Position numbers and translations under genes: made by a program. A stretch of 62,678 nt of DNA, the filler included. It is 15 parts of 15 records of this genome, joined end to end, with 100 filler letters (N's around TTAATTAATTAA, not from the genome) between each part and the next. Parts side by side here need not be neighbours in the genome. Positions count along the whole stretch, not along the records: positions 1 to 2,969 come from SRR9670534_320; positions 3,070 to 6,885 come from SRR9670534_323; positions 6,986 to 11,295 come from SRR9670534_326; positions 11,396 to 16,559 come from SRR9670534_331; 11 more parts are not named here. One strand, written 5' to 3'. Shown here piece by piece: positions 1 to 14,058 of this stretch. How positions within the stretch are numbered: position 1 is the stretch's first letter; every line of letters begins with the position of its first letter. The notes beneath the pieces are model-generated. The model worked only from the letters and a program-made list of their open reading frames with translations, had not been told where the DNA came from and made no database searches.

Positions 1-1001
1 GTTGCCCCAAATTTCTTTTTAACTATTGAGAATTACTTATGATCATGTTAGCACTCATTTGACATAGAAAACTAAAATATTATTTTTTTTATGAAATATG
101 CAATGTCGTCATCTATTTTCTAGTTAAAAATTCATCTTGCTATGAATAAGAATCAAAACTTGATTTAATAAACACTTTAATAAAAATTTATTTTGCTATA
201 ATAAAAATCAAAACTATTATTAATAATAAACACTTAACTAATTCAACATAGAAAGGCTATCAATGATAACATGAGGAAATAATAAGATATACATATGTAT
301 TTGACTATCTCATAATGAGATTCTCATTCGAGATTGTGTTATTTCCTCAAAGTTTTGTGAACTAAAAACCATTCTAAATGCTATATAATACATAATTGAT
401 TCTAATTTTAATTTGCCAAAATTGCTTCAACTTCTACTTCAAAAATGCTAATAACTCTCAAATGGATGGGAGTAGTGTTGCAAGTTTAGATTTTAACATT
501 AGCTCTTCTGGGCTAGGAATCTTTCTTTTGAAGATAAGTGATTCCTACTATGTATTAGGATTTGCACAAATAATGCCAATTAATAAATATCTTCATTGTT
601 GTCTTCTATGAATAGTATTTTCATTAAACACATTTCAACAAGTTAGCTAATTTTAAATTTAACAAAATTACTCCAATTCCTCATCTTTGGTTTTACTTCC
701 TGGTGGGGTCCTCTGGCTGAGATTTGACCACTAAAATCAAAAAATATCATTTTGACTTTTTTCAGATGACTATATGTTTGCAAGAAGCTTTATTAAATCT
801 TATAAATTATCTTTTGTTCAAAACTAGGTTCCATATAATATTTCTACACTATTGTCCATGTTGTAATGTAAACTTCAAACTTTGTTAGAAGATAACATTT
901 TTTGTGGAATTGCCCTTTATGATATTAGATAAGATATATATTATGTTACATAAACTAATTAATATCATATGCATAAATAAATATATGACTTTTTTACATA
1001 G

Positions 1002-1921
1002 AACTGTTCTTCAATTTTATTGTCTATGTGGTGAAAACATCAGATGTTAACATTGATAACATAGACAAAATCAATGCTGATCTACATGGTATGAATCTCA
1101 AGGTAAGAATGATATAAATTGTACAAAGTATTGCAATGGATTTTACTTAGACTACTGATGGTGTTCCATTGGCTTGCAAGGTAAAAGATGAGTCAACATA
1201 TTCCTTGATAAGTGTTTCTACAATCGATCCTCCTTCCATACATGTTCTTCCTTCTAAATGGCTGAAGAATGTTATTCATCAACAAGGCAAACCTCCAAAA
1301 ACTCAGTCTTCTTCAACTAAATCTACAAGGTCAGCTACATCTACTAAATCAATTACATCTACTAAATCACCTACATCTACTAAGTTCACTACATCTACTA
1401 AATCAACTACATCTACTAAATCAACTAAATCTACTACTAGACCAACTACATCTACAAGATCAGCTACATCTACTAAATCAACTACATCTACTATGCCAAC
1501 TAAATCTACTAAATTAACTACATCTACTAGATCAACTAAATCTACTAGATCAACTGCATCTAATAGACCAACTATAGCAATTACATCAACTACATCTTTT
1601 AGTAAACAACAAAAGACTAAAACTCCAGCAAATACTAGTGATACCACAAAACAAATTGATGTGACCAATTCTGATGGCTTGACAGATTCTACAAAGCATC
1701 AAAGGCCTGAAAATACAGAACCATATACTACTGAGCACCAAAAGCCTGAAAGTACAAAATCAGATGCTGATCAGCCCCAAAAAACTAAAAATACAAAAAA
1801 ACATACTAAACACAGAAGAGTGTCTACTACAGAAGTAAACTCAAAGTTTGGTGAGGTAGTTAATAATGCAACAGGGATCCATGTCATGTTGGCCACACTC
1901 TGTCTTTTCTTCAGCTTTTAA
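1002..1921 (+). CDS. Ser/Thr-rich mucin-like surface protein, probably GPI-anchored (3' exons)
   Basis: Exons at about 1002-1102 and 1151-1921 with AG/GT boundaries; KSTTST-type repeats; hydrophobic C-terminus NNATGIHVMLATLCLFFSF. Confidence 0.65.
1315..1600 (+). repeat. Coding minisatellite with 9/18-bp units (ACATCTACTAAATCAACT-like)
   Basis: Repeated units are directly visible and explain the overlapping L/N/Q/H-rich and V/D/L-rich shadow ORFs. Confidence 0.85.
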
Positions 1922-2386
1922 ATGCAGTTCAGATTAGCATATTCGTTGTTGATAACATAGTTTGCAATACTACTATACACATACATAGATATATTATAAC
2001 CCTATTATTACAAAATTTGTGATTTCTAAATATAAAAGCATGTGACATTATTAAAAACCATGATTTAGTAAAAGATTAGCTAAATATTCTATGTCATAAA
2101 CTTTGCAAACATTCATGCATAATCTACTATTAAATATATAATATATTATATATATATTCCATCAGTCCATAGGAATAACAATAAAAGATGTCACTTTGCT
2201 AGCAATTTAGTTGGAATAGAGTTTTAACAATTACTTATCTGTAAAAAACGCTGTGATTTTTTTTGGTTTTATTTGTTATGTTAAACATTTTTACAAAAAA
2301 ACTTAATAGTATGTGCCAAAATTTCAGATTATCTTTTTTGGGCTGTTTATCAGGTGTACCATATCTTTGCAAAATCTTCAACATAT

Positions 2387-2811
2387 ATGGTGAACGAATA
2401 TTATAGAAAATGTTCTTTAGTTTTGGCTATAGCTTATATGATGATATTACCATCATGGTGCTGCTGTGTTGAGTTCGAAACTGTGAAACCAAGCACAAAG
2501 ACATTTGAAGGCATACGTTTTAGCTCAGATGGATGTGGCTATGCTAAAAAGTGGCCCCTGAATAAAAAAGTGATGATGATTATTATACTGCTGATACGAA
2601 ATATGCTCCATGGACAGCAACTGTGCATCGCTATCAAGGTGACAACGACTGGAAAACGAGAGGTTATGGAGTAATAATTAATCACAACCAAGTCTTAACA
2701 ACAGCAAATACATTATATTTACACAAAGAAAAGATTTCAACAAAGAATGTCGCTATTGTTGCTGGATGTAAAGGATGGACCAATTGCAATAATTGGAGAA
2801 ATGTGACAACA
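2387..2811 (+). pseudogene. Trypsin-like serine protease homologue, N-terminal part, frameshifted
   Basis: Signal-peptide-like segment and GCG in one frame, then YAPWTATV...GVIINHNQVLTTAN...VAIVAG in another frame; Asn occupies the catalytic His position. Confidence 0.5.
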
Positions 2812-2969
2812 GTTACTTATATAAGTATAATAGTATATTATGTCGAACTTTGCATAACGGGGGGGAGGTGAGGAAATTTTTGCTTTAGCCGAGGATGCAA
2901 AAAAATTTTAAAACTCTCTGCCTTGGTATGTTAACTTCGACATGCATAGCATCATATTTCACAGAAACC

Positions 2970-3069
2970 NNNNNNNNNNNNNNNNNNNNNNNNNNNNNNN
3001 NNNNNNNNNNNNNTTAATTAATTAANNNNNNNNNNNNNNNNNNNNNNNNNNNNNNNNNNNNNNNNNNNN
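2970..3069. other. Artificial contig spacer (N-run, TTAATTAATTAA, N-run), first of 14
   Basis: The same 100-nt linker with six-frame stops recurs at about 6886, 11296, 16560, 21840, 25150, 29198, 32964, 41288, 45198, 49678, 52225, 55687 and 60159. Adjacency across these linkers is not biological. Confidence 0.97.
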
Positions 3070-3164
3070 CATTATTATTATTAATAATAATAGTAACAAT
3101 TAGCATTGTAACCACGTACGCTTATTATTAATAATAATAATACATTGTTACCTACTAATAATAG

Positions 3165-4246
3165 TATTACGGAGACAAACGTTCGGCACGTGACTCATTT
3201 TCGGACTGCGAAAAAATTTGCTCTAGCTGTTACGCATGTTCCAATTGCAACACAAAGTTTTGTGATGACATTGAGCCTTACGCACATGGAAAGAACTACA
3301 TATGCAAGCGCTGCTATGATAGGTAATTACGAGCATTATTATTTGTCCTGCTTAATAACCTGGTATAAGGTACATTATGTAATTTACATAAAATTTGAGG
3401 TACATAGTTACATGAAAAATTTTCAGTGCTGTTCCACTAAAATGCCAAACTTGCAGCGATAAGATTGATTTGAATTCACAATGGATACGATTTGATGGGC
3501 ACGATTACCACCTAAAATGTGCTAAGTGCAAGGGTTGTGGTATGGGATCCTTTATTATTATCATTAATAATAAATGAATAAATGTGTCCACATCTCTCAC
3601 AATTATATTGTAGGAAATGTTTTTGATGAAAACAAATTGATGTTCAGAACAAAAGAAAACAAATTAATGTGCAATGAGTGTCTGGACCAACGTTTTAACG
3701 CAGAATGTTCAAACTGCAATGAACCCACTCCAAATGTAAGTAAATTTACATGCATTCACTTTGCATGTTAATCATTTCAATAATTTTTATCAAAGCATTT
3801 ATTGTTTTATAGCAAATAAAAGTTGCAAACAAAACCTTTTGTGGCAATTGTTACAAGTGTGCCACATGTCACCAATCGCTTGAAAATAGTGCATTCGCCA
3901 TTCAAGATGGAAAACTTAACTGTGAATGTTGTCGAAGAAGGTGCGTCTTTTATTGATATTATTGTATTCAATGCAATAATATCGTTCTACAGTCTGCATA
4001 TATTCATATCTTTACTGATGATCATTGTATTGTAGTAACTTCTGTGGAACATCAAATGGTAATTGTGGACACTGTCATCAACCTATTGGAAACCGTAATA
4101 CCATTGAAATAATGGGAATTGAGTACCATGACAATTGTCTTCAATGCGCGCAATGCAACACACACTTCAATGTACATCAAGTGGACAGTTTCAAAGTTGT
4201 CAATGATTCCGTATTCTGTAGCCAATGTGCCATTAGCAAATACTAA
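3165..4246 (+). CDS. Multi-LIM-domain protein (FHL/limpet-like), 3' part, about 5 exons
   Basis: Spliced translation gives repeated CxxC...HxxCxxCxxC...CxxC, e.g. CQTC..YHLKCAKCKGC..CNEC and CGHC..YHDNCLQCAQC..CSQC. Confidence 0.8.
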
Positions 4247-6026
4247 TGAACATACGTAATATGTTCTCATGTTAGCATACCTGTATTATCGATACTATAA
4301 TTTGATCGTGCTTGAGGATTATTATTAATAATACTCGATTAAAAATAACCCCTTTTCATAATGAGAACAAGAACCTTTCTTATTATTACATCAAATAGCT
4401 TTGCTTACTACAGAAATATTGTCCCAATGATTTTGACTGCATTGACTAAATATTATTTTAGCATTACGTATTATTAGCAATTGCTTTATAGTAATCATTT
4501 ACAAGAAATAAATTTTAACCGCCAACAATTTTTTGATTGACAGAATTCAATTAAATGTAGTTATTAACGGCTTCCAAGTTTATTTATAAGTATGTAAAAA
4601 TATAGCTTCGTGCTAATATGAAAAGCAATAATCTAGAACAAAATATTACTAAACGAAATGATTAATATAGACTATATTAATTAGTTTATCACAACATTTA
4701 GAACCTATTATATCACCATTTTCAGAATAACCATCATATTATTGTCAATATCCAGTTTTGTAATTTTAGTAACGATGGAAGCTATTCCAGCAAGTATTAT
4801 CCTGACTATTAAGTTCATTAAAAATTTCAACAACAACCTAAACAATGTTTATTAATAATAATAAGCATATAGGTAATACCTATTAGGTATAGTATACTAC
4901 TAATATACAATGTATGTCATACAGGTATTGTACTACTTATTACATACATATTACAAATTGTAATTTATTAACTTAAACCTGAACCGAACATAGAGAACAA
5001 AGACTATGAGTTGTTCAAGTTTTTTAATGGATACATGAAGATAAGTATATGTACGAAAGATACTTGGAGAATTCACAGTTGGAAGAACAAGGTGAGCATA
5101 AATTATGCTGCATAATGCAAGTTTTCAGTTTCGTGGCAAAGCGAAACTCATTACATAGTAGTAGCTTAGTAGCTAATTGTAAGTATTGTACACCTGTATT
5201 TATTGTTGCAACTTGCAACACGTTACGACGTAAGTTGCACGCAAACCAGATACCGAATACCGAATACCGAATAAGTATACTGCATACAGTACATACATTA
5301 TTATTATTGTTAGTAAATTAATAACATTATTGTTATTATTATTAGATATAGAAAACCTATGGTATTAGTACATACTATGTACCAATAGATTTAAGTCACT
5401 TATGATAAGTGTAATACAAAATATCATACTGTACGTATCGTAACAACGTTATTTTCTTGCCTCCGATTACGGTTTGAGATAGCTACAGGTAATCTAGCCT
5501 AAAATCGAATACCAAAGTATACAAAAGTTATGGTTTGTAAATTGCGTGAGTATTCGAAATAACATGCGATCCATAACAGTATAAGGCCCACGGCCACCCA
5601 AACAGATACCTAGGTTGTACCTACTTGTACAATGTACATACAATACCTATCATAGTATGTACCTTGTACATTGCACAAGTACAGAAAAGTAAGCAGCTTG
5701 CATCAAGTTACTTGGTAATACAAAGCAAGTAGGTAGTAAGTTACTAGTCATAAAGCAAGACCATTTATTATTAATAATATGCACATAGGTATGTAAAAAC
5801 AATCTATGACCGTCCTACTGACTAGGAACTATACATACTATGTTATTATGTACTACATAATACTATGTACAATACTATGTATTGTAGACTACAATTTATA
5901 GCATCATACGGCGTACTCGCATCATAAAACCTTTAGACGACGCTAGAAGTTCTAACTTACAACAAAAAGTTAGGACAAAGGATGTTTTCTATTCTGTCTA
6001 GGTATGCAAAAATACTCACGGAACTA

Positions 6027-6203
6027 TCAACCAGTTTTCGTAACTTTTCCAATAGGTTTTCCATCCTTCCACATTTTAATCTTTATCGACGAACCTTCTC
6101 TGGAAAGGGCTGCTTCTCGTAGTTCTGGCTTCAAAGCACGTCTAACCAAACGAGCACAGATTGCAGAATACTTCAAGTAAGTTAAGCCTGCTTGTCTCCA
6201 CAT
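6027..6203 (-). CDS. ATP5F1E: Mitochondrial ATP synthase F1 epsilon subunit
   Basis: MWRQAGLTYLKYSAICARLVRRALKPELR...WKDGKP matches the family; ATG at 6203. Confidence 0.92.
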   Translation of the reverse strand: MWRQAGLTYLKYSAICARLVRRALKPELREAALSREGSSIKIKMWKDGKPIGKVTKTG

Positions 6204-7084
6204 TTCAGTAATAAAATCCTTTTTTGCTAAACACATAGGTACATATGTACGTAGATATGTACTAACACATAGGTAACCCTGGCAGGTAGCCATGGCACTG
6301 GCTTCGCTCTACCATGCTACTTCCGATAGTAGTAGGCATACAGACTGTACTGTTACTATTGTACGGCCAGAATGGCATAGGTATCAACTAACATTGAAGT
6401 ATGTAGTAAATGTTGTATGTATGTACTGTATGTATTATGTATTACGCCTAAAGAAAACTAATTGTTGCGTACAAGGATATTACACACTAATATCCTTGGT
6501 TGCGTACATACTTACGTTGTAGGTAGGTACTTACGTTTTGTTACCGTAATATATGCCTTGCATTTTAGGCACTTGGGTAGGTATATGAAATCGATAGCAC
6601 TTTATTACAACGAAATTCAAAAAATAGGTAGATGTACAGTACTTTGCACTCAATAACTCCTAAACCAAGTTACATACTATTGACAATACAATTTGTACGG
6701 CCAGATAGCTTTAGGAGTTCTTGTTTGTACTGTACTTTGTACTTTCTTGCCAAATTTGCATTTTTACTCAATTCAATTTTATTAAGTGAATTGAGTGAAC
6801 CTTTAATTGTTACTTTAATAATGAATCAATAATGCTACTACATGTACAATAGTTCTGTTACTTGTCAAACAATTGCTTAATTTGANNNNNNNNNNNNNNN
6901 NNNNNNNNNNNNNNNNNNNNNNNNNNNNNTTAATTAATTAANNNNNNNNNNNNNNNNNNNNNNNNNNNNNNNNNNNNNNNNNNNNATTATTGTTAGTACA
7001 TTGTACACTGTAACAATATACATTGATTGTATTAAGCATTGTAATATTATTTAATTTAATAATTATGATTGTTTGAAATTTCAG

Positions 7085-8081
7085 CTTTGGTTATTCGTTG
7101 GGTTTATTTCACAAGAAGGTATGCGGTCATAAAGATGGTCAAGCAACATTTTATCGTGCAGATCGATTTGAGTTGGTCAAAAGTGAAGCTGTTGTTCTCA
7201 GTGAATCTTTTCATGAGGTAGTAACTTAATATTCAATGAATACCTAGTTATTATCACTGTACATATTATTTATTCTACTACATTTACAAAACTAAACTGT
7301 CTTTTAGGATGTTTACTCAGAGTCTAATAAAATGTCAGAATCAGATAGAGAAAAGTTGAAGATGTATTTGGATGAAGTGGACACAGTTTTGGTTATGACA
7401 AAATTTGAGTGCAAGGTTACAGGTATCCCTGTTTCAGTTGGAAATATCCATATTGCATGGGGGGAATGGAAAACTCACGATAAACATGCCGTACAAACTG
7501 CAAAAGCAGTAGAGCAGTTGTTGAAGTTCAATGGATCACCTATTCATCCTCATGTCTTGTGTGGAGATTTTAACTGTACTCCAACTTCTCCTGCATATCA
7601 TGTAATGTCTAATTCAGGGATCCAAGAACAGGATCGCAAACTATTACTAGAAATGAATTTTTTGCACAGAGATGACGGTTCAGTAAGTTCTGTGATGGAA
7701 ATTCCGCAAAAATTGTTTATTGAATTTAGGGCTTATCCCTTTTGGAAGCACTTCCGGGATGTTTTAGCCATCGATCCAATGGTATTCGGAGTTCCTCGAA
7801 AACAGTTTTTGTAAGATTATTTTGCCATTCTTTTATAATGATTTGAATATGTAATATTGCAGGGTAGTGAACCAAAGTTAACAACATGTTTGGTGCAACG
7901 TGACAAAAGTGTTGCTCTCATGTGTCTCGACTACATTTGGTACAGTTCAAATAATTTGCAAGTTTTGGGTATGCTGAAGTTCCCATCATCTGCAGAAGAT
8001 ATATTGTATCAAACTGCATTACCAAATGATTATTTTCCCTCCGATCATATAAGTTTGAAGGCTGAATTAACATTTTTTTGA
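7085..8081 (+). CDS. EEP-family nuclease/phosphatase (CCR4/nocturnin/Angel/PDE12-like), 3' part
   Basis: DGQATFYR, LCGDFN, LDYIWYS and PNDYFPSDHISL motifs over 4 exons. Confidence 0.85.
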
Positions 8082-8790
8082 TTATTAAATAATATACACT
8101 ATATATCGTGGTAATATGACGCTAAATGCCACTTAATTAACGGATCATTTTTAACGAAGCGGTAATTTATTATGATCTATCTAACATTCCGATTCAAACG
8201 TAATATATGCTGTATTATACAACTATTCAATATAACATTTAGCAATGGAAAAAGCAGAGCTGGACAAAAACAGAGATATATTAAAATTATAATTTACACC
8301 AGAATATTTTAGAATAAGTAGACCATTGTTGTACTAATATTATACAAGTATTAGTAAAGCAATCATTGTTATTGATTAGCTTACTAAATACAAAACAATA
8401 TTATTACAAAATATTAAAATCGTTTACTAATGACTGCTAAATAATAACAAAAATCCTATTAAAATTAAAATTATCTCAGCATATGTGCACAGTTTTGAAT
8501 AAAATGTCGAAAAATAGACCAGAAAAAGTTCATAAACAATAGACAGAGTTTCAAAGAATTCCTCCCAATTACTTGCAACAGGAACAAATGTCAGAGAATA
8601 TACTATATTATACTAATATTGTATTAGCTGCAAGTAATACCTAATTCCTTTTAAAAATTAAATGCCAAGAACCATTTTAAGAATAATATACACATGTTTT
8701 TCAATAATATTTTTCAATAAAATATGACGATAAACAAGAGTCAAAAAGTTACAGTATTATGCTACGTAAATGCGCCAAACATACACTTAA

Positions 8791-11166
8791 TCAAAAGTTT
8801 GTTGTCATGTTCGAGGGATATAAGTGTTGGTGATCATCAGCTTCACCAACTCCTCTGAACCTCACTCCTTCATCACCAGTGTTCCCAAAACCAGAAGATT
8901 GAGGATCCTCTTTTCCTTCTGCAGGAGTTTCCTGCTCGAAAAGAGTTTCAAAATGGGCTTTTTGGGCAAGAAATATTTCCTTCTGTATGTTTGTCTTAAC
9001 CTCTGAAGGAACATCAGGTATCATGTATTCGAAAAGGACCAGAAGAAAGAATATAACATGTTCAAAGACTACCACAAAAGCAAATTTGGCTCCAACCACA
9101 TGCCAATAAACATCTGTTCGGTCATATGCTTCTGGATGATCATGAGGGTAAAAGTAACCTTTGTATCTGTAAAAGAAATGTCTTGTTGAATATTTAATTT
9201 TAAATTTTAATTTTTAAATTTAATTTTTACAAAATTTTAAAATTTGTCTTGTCGAATATTTAATTTTAAATTGAAAACTTAAATTTTAAAACTTTAAAAA
9301 ATTAAATTAAAAAATTTGTCTTGTTGAATATTTTAAGTTTTAAATTTAATTTTAAAATTTTAATTTTAATTTTGAAGAAATCCTACGTACGTGCATATAA
9401 TTTCATTTGTATCATTTGGATAAAACTCCCCAAGATCCCCAGAATCTGGCCAATATTCCGAACCAACTGTTGACATATTAAAGGTGGTAAGTGTATATGA
9501 AAGATAACCGGTCATGGTCATGTCCTCCGAGTGCATCATTATGTACACAACTCTGGCCAAAAAGTCCGAAGAAAATGCAATGATAAAAGCCTAAATGACA
9601 TCTTATTAATTAAATTATTTTAAATAATAAGTACATACATTGCAAACAACACACAATCTTGACAGCACCGTCAGAATTCCAAACCAAACACCAATATCCT
9701 GTGCTGGAAATCCAACCGGACGTCTCAACTTTGTGGTAAATTTGTTTGCGTCCAGCCTTATTTCAAAAATATTGTTAACCAAAGCAAAAATTGGCGCCAA
9801 TGGAAAAGCAGCAACAAAGAGCGTTACAAACCCAAATTGAATGACTAAAAAGGTCCAAAAAATAAAATATACATTACATTATATTGAATAATATTGCATA
9901 TAGTGAAGTACCCATCTCTAAATATTCATCAAACAATCCCAAAGGTGCAAGTTCATTGAGGTCTTTATCCTGTTCCCATCGATTATATTTAACTTCTTCA
10001 TCTTTGCCTTCTTCCTCATCCTTTAAGGTCTTCCTACCAGCTCGACTTTTCCACAAAACTTTTAGCTTTCTAATTTCAAATGATTTGTAAGTAGGTAATA
10101 CTCATTAGTCATTATATGTTACTTACGGAAGAACAAACTCCAGAAAATTGTTAAAAATCTGTTTTCCAACCATTATGATAGCCATTTGAATTGTGAGTTC
10201 TACCATACAACCAGCAGGATCACACTACAATTCATAAAATTTAATAATTTTATGATTTAATTTGAATATTCTGAATAATTCACCTCTTCCGGTCTGTATT
10301 TGCCAAGGAAATAATTATCCGTATCACCAGGCCTTGTAGCGAATCTATTATTTAGATTTACTATTATATACATATAATCAAATCATGTAATAATATGTAA
10401 TAAAATAATAATACATAATAAAATATTATAATATTTATTAAATATATCTATAAACATAATATAGCATACCCAACTTTAGCAAATGCTATGTAACAAATTG
10501 ATGAATAAAAATTGACGAATTGAAAAAAGTACATCTTGAAGGTGAAGCTATCTTCGTACATTGTTTGTGTTCTTGGATATTCTACAATTTGGAACATTTA
10601 CAAACTACCAGAAGATATCGCCATTTCAGGTATTGTTATGATAATAATACAATTGTATACGCTATATGCGGCTATTTAAACGTGATAAATTATCACTGAT
10701 AATGTAGTATGTGGATAACTTTCAAGATAATGTTGATTACCAAGAGCAGTAAGAATTTTGGCCAAAAAGTAATAAATTTTGCCCAAAACCATGATTGCTA
10801 TGACATTGATGATAGCGCCAGTAATTGATACAGCAAGCTTTGCAGCATTGTCCACAAGGCCAACTTCATTTAGACCAGCAAAAGCAGCTACCATGCTCAT
10901 ACGATATACAACAACGCCAAAGACAGCTATGATGACCAAGCAAAGCTAAAACAAATAAGTAAACAAAAACCTTAGAGATTTAATAATACTAAGGGTAAAT
11001 AAGAGTCACTGTACCATGAAAACCACAAACAAGAAACTTGAAACATATCTCGGAGCCAGAAACCATTTCGGAATAAATGGCTCACTTTCTTCAGTTACTG
11101 GATTTCGCGAGTAGTACTTTTTATCCAAGCATTTCTTTTCATATTCAGGTCTGATCATTTCTCTCT
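8791..11166 (-). CDS. Anoctamin/TMEM16 channel or scramblase, C-terminal half
   Basis: [72 protein letters not shown] and VFEH motifs across about 9 exons. Confidence 0.93.
9177..9370. repeat. Intronic degenerate repeat (TGTCTTGTYGAATATTT plus AT tract, 3 copies)
   Basis: Copies at about 9179, 9245 and 9317. Confidence 0.6.
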
Positions 11167-11736
11167 GCAATGATGACAATGTTATTAAACCAAATTGAAA
11201 CAAAAAATAGTATATTCTTGGCTAGCTTTCATTCTCGCCCTTGGCTGAGCCAGCGAATCAATGCTAGCGATCCTAAGAAGGTACTTTCTGAGACANNNNN
11301 NNNNNNNNNNNNNNNNNNNNNNNNNNNNNNNNNNNNNNNTTAATTAATTAANNNNNNNNNNNNNNNNNNNNNNNNNNNNNNNNNNNNNNNNNNNNTTTTT
11401 CTTTGGAACACCCTAATATACAATAATCATAACACCTAGTGCCTAATATGTACATTGTTGCCCAATGAACGCTCTCCAAGGAGGCATTACCTTATTTTAA
11501 AAATTTATTAATTACTTAAGTAATAACAAAAGCAGAAATAGTTCTTAAAACTAGTCACGCCTTCTGCGACACAACACAATTGAATAATATTATTGAATTA
11601 TTGATGGAATCTAGTAATATTATAGAGAAATTAAAATTATTAAAAAGAAATGAAAACTTATTCTACTTGTTTGCATCATTTGATTAATAATAAACGGTAC
11701 CTAAATATTTATAGTCACAGTTATTAATTTTCTTAG

Positions 11737-12145
11737 AGTTTGTTGGATTTTTGGTACTCAAGTGAAAGAAGCACCATCCGACATAACGCCAACATTTTTG
11801 AGATCGAACATAGTAAATATATTGAGAGAGGCTGATCACGTTGCAACAAAAGTTTTAACGGATGAAAAACAATATGACAAAATAAGCCAAATGCCAGTTA
11901 TTTTAATACCTATTCATTTTGATAGGGATGTTACAATTTCACCCCAACCTTCTGTTCAAAGGAGTGTTGTTTTGAGACCTTTTAAATCTTCTGACTTTAT
12001 GACTGGTTTACCTGCAATACCTGGGAAAGATTTGGCCATTAAGACCGTTGATAAAATGGCCAATGAACTAAGGAATGTTTTTAACATAAGTAGGGTATTG
12101 TATGATTTAACATCCAAGCCACCTGGAACGACAGAGTGGGAATGA
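11737..12145 (+). CDS. GMPS: GMP synthase, last exon
   Basis: ISQMPVILIPIHFDR, RSVVLRPF.SSDFMTG and the C-terminal RVLYDLTSKPPGTTEWE. Confidence 0.96.
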
Positions 12146-14058
12146 CTAGAGATGTCGCTATTTTCGAAATTAGCGCCATCTTTTTATTACTAGTTTTTAT
12201 TGATCAGTCATTGTAATGTAGTAACAAACCGAAAAAATGTCACTATGACTCGTATTGACATCTTTTTGTTTTAAGCCATAATTACTTTTATTTTTATTTA
12301 TTGACTACTGTGACTAACTATGTGATATTTGTTGACCAGCAATGTTTGTGTGCAAGGCAATAGAAATAAAGCACATGTTATGGATTTTTTTCATGCAATT
12401 GAGGTGATTTGGTAATTAACAATGAACTTACCTTACCTGTCCAAGATAACCTACGTGCTCTTAATTATATTAATAATACATGAGCTATCTAGAATATATT
12501 TATCTTTCATTGATACTTAGCTGTTCAATGAGCAAGATAATATTAGCATAGTGATTTTTTAACGATAAGTCTAACTGATCCTTATTAACAGTATGATGTA
12601 AGCCATGCTCAGGGCAGAAAAATCTTTATTTTTTAGATTTTCCGCTTTGTTTTCATATATTAATAAGGTTATGATTAGTATTTAAGTATGTTATAAGAGT
12701 TGTGCGTTTAAATATGTACCATTTTTAATGATTTCAAATTGGTGAATAAAATATGTATACCTCTTTAACATGCCTAAAATTTTTCAAGCTTTTATTATTA
12801 ATATCATTTCAAATTAATATTTTAATTTTAAATGTTGTTTTATGTTTCTTGTTATTTTCATTTTTAGTAATTTATCTTTACTTTTGCATATCATTATCAT
12901 AAACGGAATTTGGAGGTATTAGGAGTAGATATTGATTCATTTGATATATCTGAGCAGATTAAGTTACTGTGTTCCACAAGTAGGATTCTTATTAGCGACT
13001 GCTTGTCTAAATTACCATCAGACCAGAATGATCCTAGCTGGTCTGGTATAGGATTTCATATTATTATCGGTATTGCTATAATTATTATTATCATTTATTA
13101 TCCCAGCTTTGATGAAAAGTGTCATTATTAGACTTCTTGATTTAAATTTGATTCGGTCTTTTTTGAATTGGGTTGTAGTATTGGATTAGCATCATATTTT
13201 TAACTTTTGAGTATGAATATCCATGATAACTATTAATAATGATGACCATTGCAGTAGACATACACTAAAATTTGAAAATTTAAATTATGGGTTTTTTTTT
13301 CTTATTACTGATTTAGAAATCACAGTGATTGTTGTCAAATTAACAAAATAAATTTGATAATTTTCTGCTAATGACGTGTATTGTTTCAGGTTTCAGGTAA
13401 GAGAGACCATAGGGAGAAAGTCAATCTATATATCCAGGTTCATTCCTTATTACCATAATTATTAATAGTAATAATAATAATGACATGACACCTTTTGGGT
13501 ACTTGAATATAATAATAGTCATAATAGTAAAAATAATTGATAAGATGTGGAAAGAATCCACAATTATTATTATTGTGCTATACCTGTTATTATTAATAAT
13601 CGTCATGTCCTTGTTTATTGAGTAATTTTTGTCCTTTCTCATGAACATCTAGGGAGCAATATTGATCTCTGATGTTTTGTCTAATCAAATCAGTGCAAGA
13701 TGCTCAATGGTTATTAATAACTTTAACAATATATATTCTTGAGCCAGCTAGGCAAAAGTATTGGTTAAGTTAAAGTGCCCTTCAACTGGTTACCCAAACT
13801 TGTCCCAAGCAGTTGTACTAATTCCATAAAGAGAAAAAAAATCATTTTGCTACATTGAAAATTAATTGGTGCTCTTCTTGTTGTTTTGTGGAGGGAAATT
13901 CCCAATAGAGCCTGGTTTCCATGGTTACACGCCAGCATCTGCTAGGCTGCAGCAAGTATAAGTAGAGTCTACGAATTCATTTTATTTGTGAGTAATTATA
14001 TTTTACCATGTTAACTTATCCCACCCTGCCTTCCTCTGGATCATTGTTATGATTAGTA

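Noticed and set aside
1269-1668. 82-aa and 121-aa low-complexity ORFs
   Set aside because: Shadow frames of the mucin coding repeat.
3014-3025. TTAATTAATTAA recurring 14 times as a possible regular repeat or CRISPR
   Set aside because: Always embedded in N-runs; it is an artificial six-frame-stop linker.
6204-6293. 30-aa N-terminal extension of ATP synthase epsilon in the ORF track
   Set aside because: Low-complexity intron-like sequence ending in TTTAG; family similarity starts at MWRQAG.
12427-12442. ACTTACCTTACCTG as a U1 snRNA 5' end
   Set aside because: No U1 stem-loops or Sm site follow; at most it is a minus-strand donor pair.
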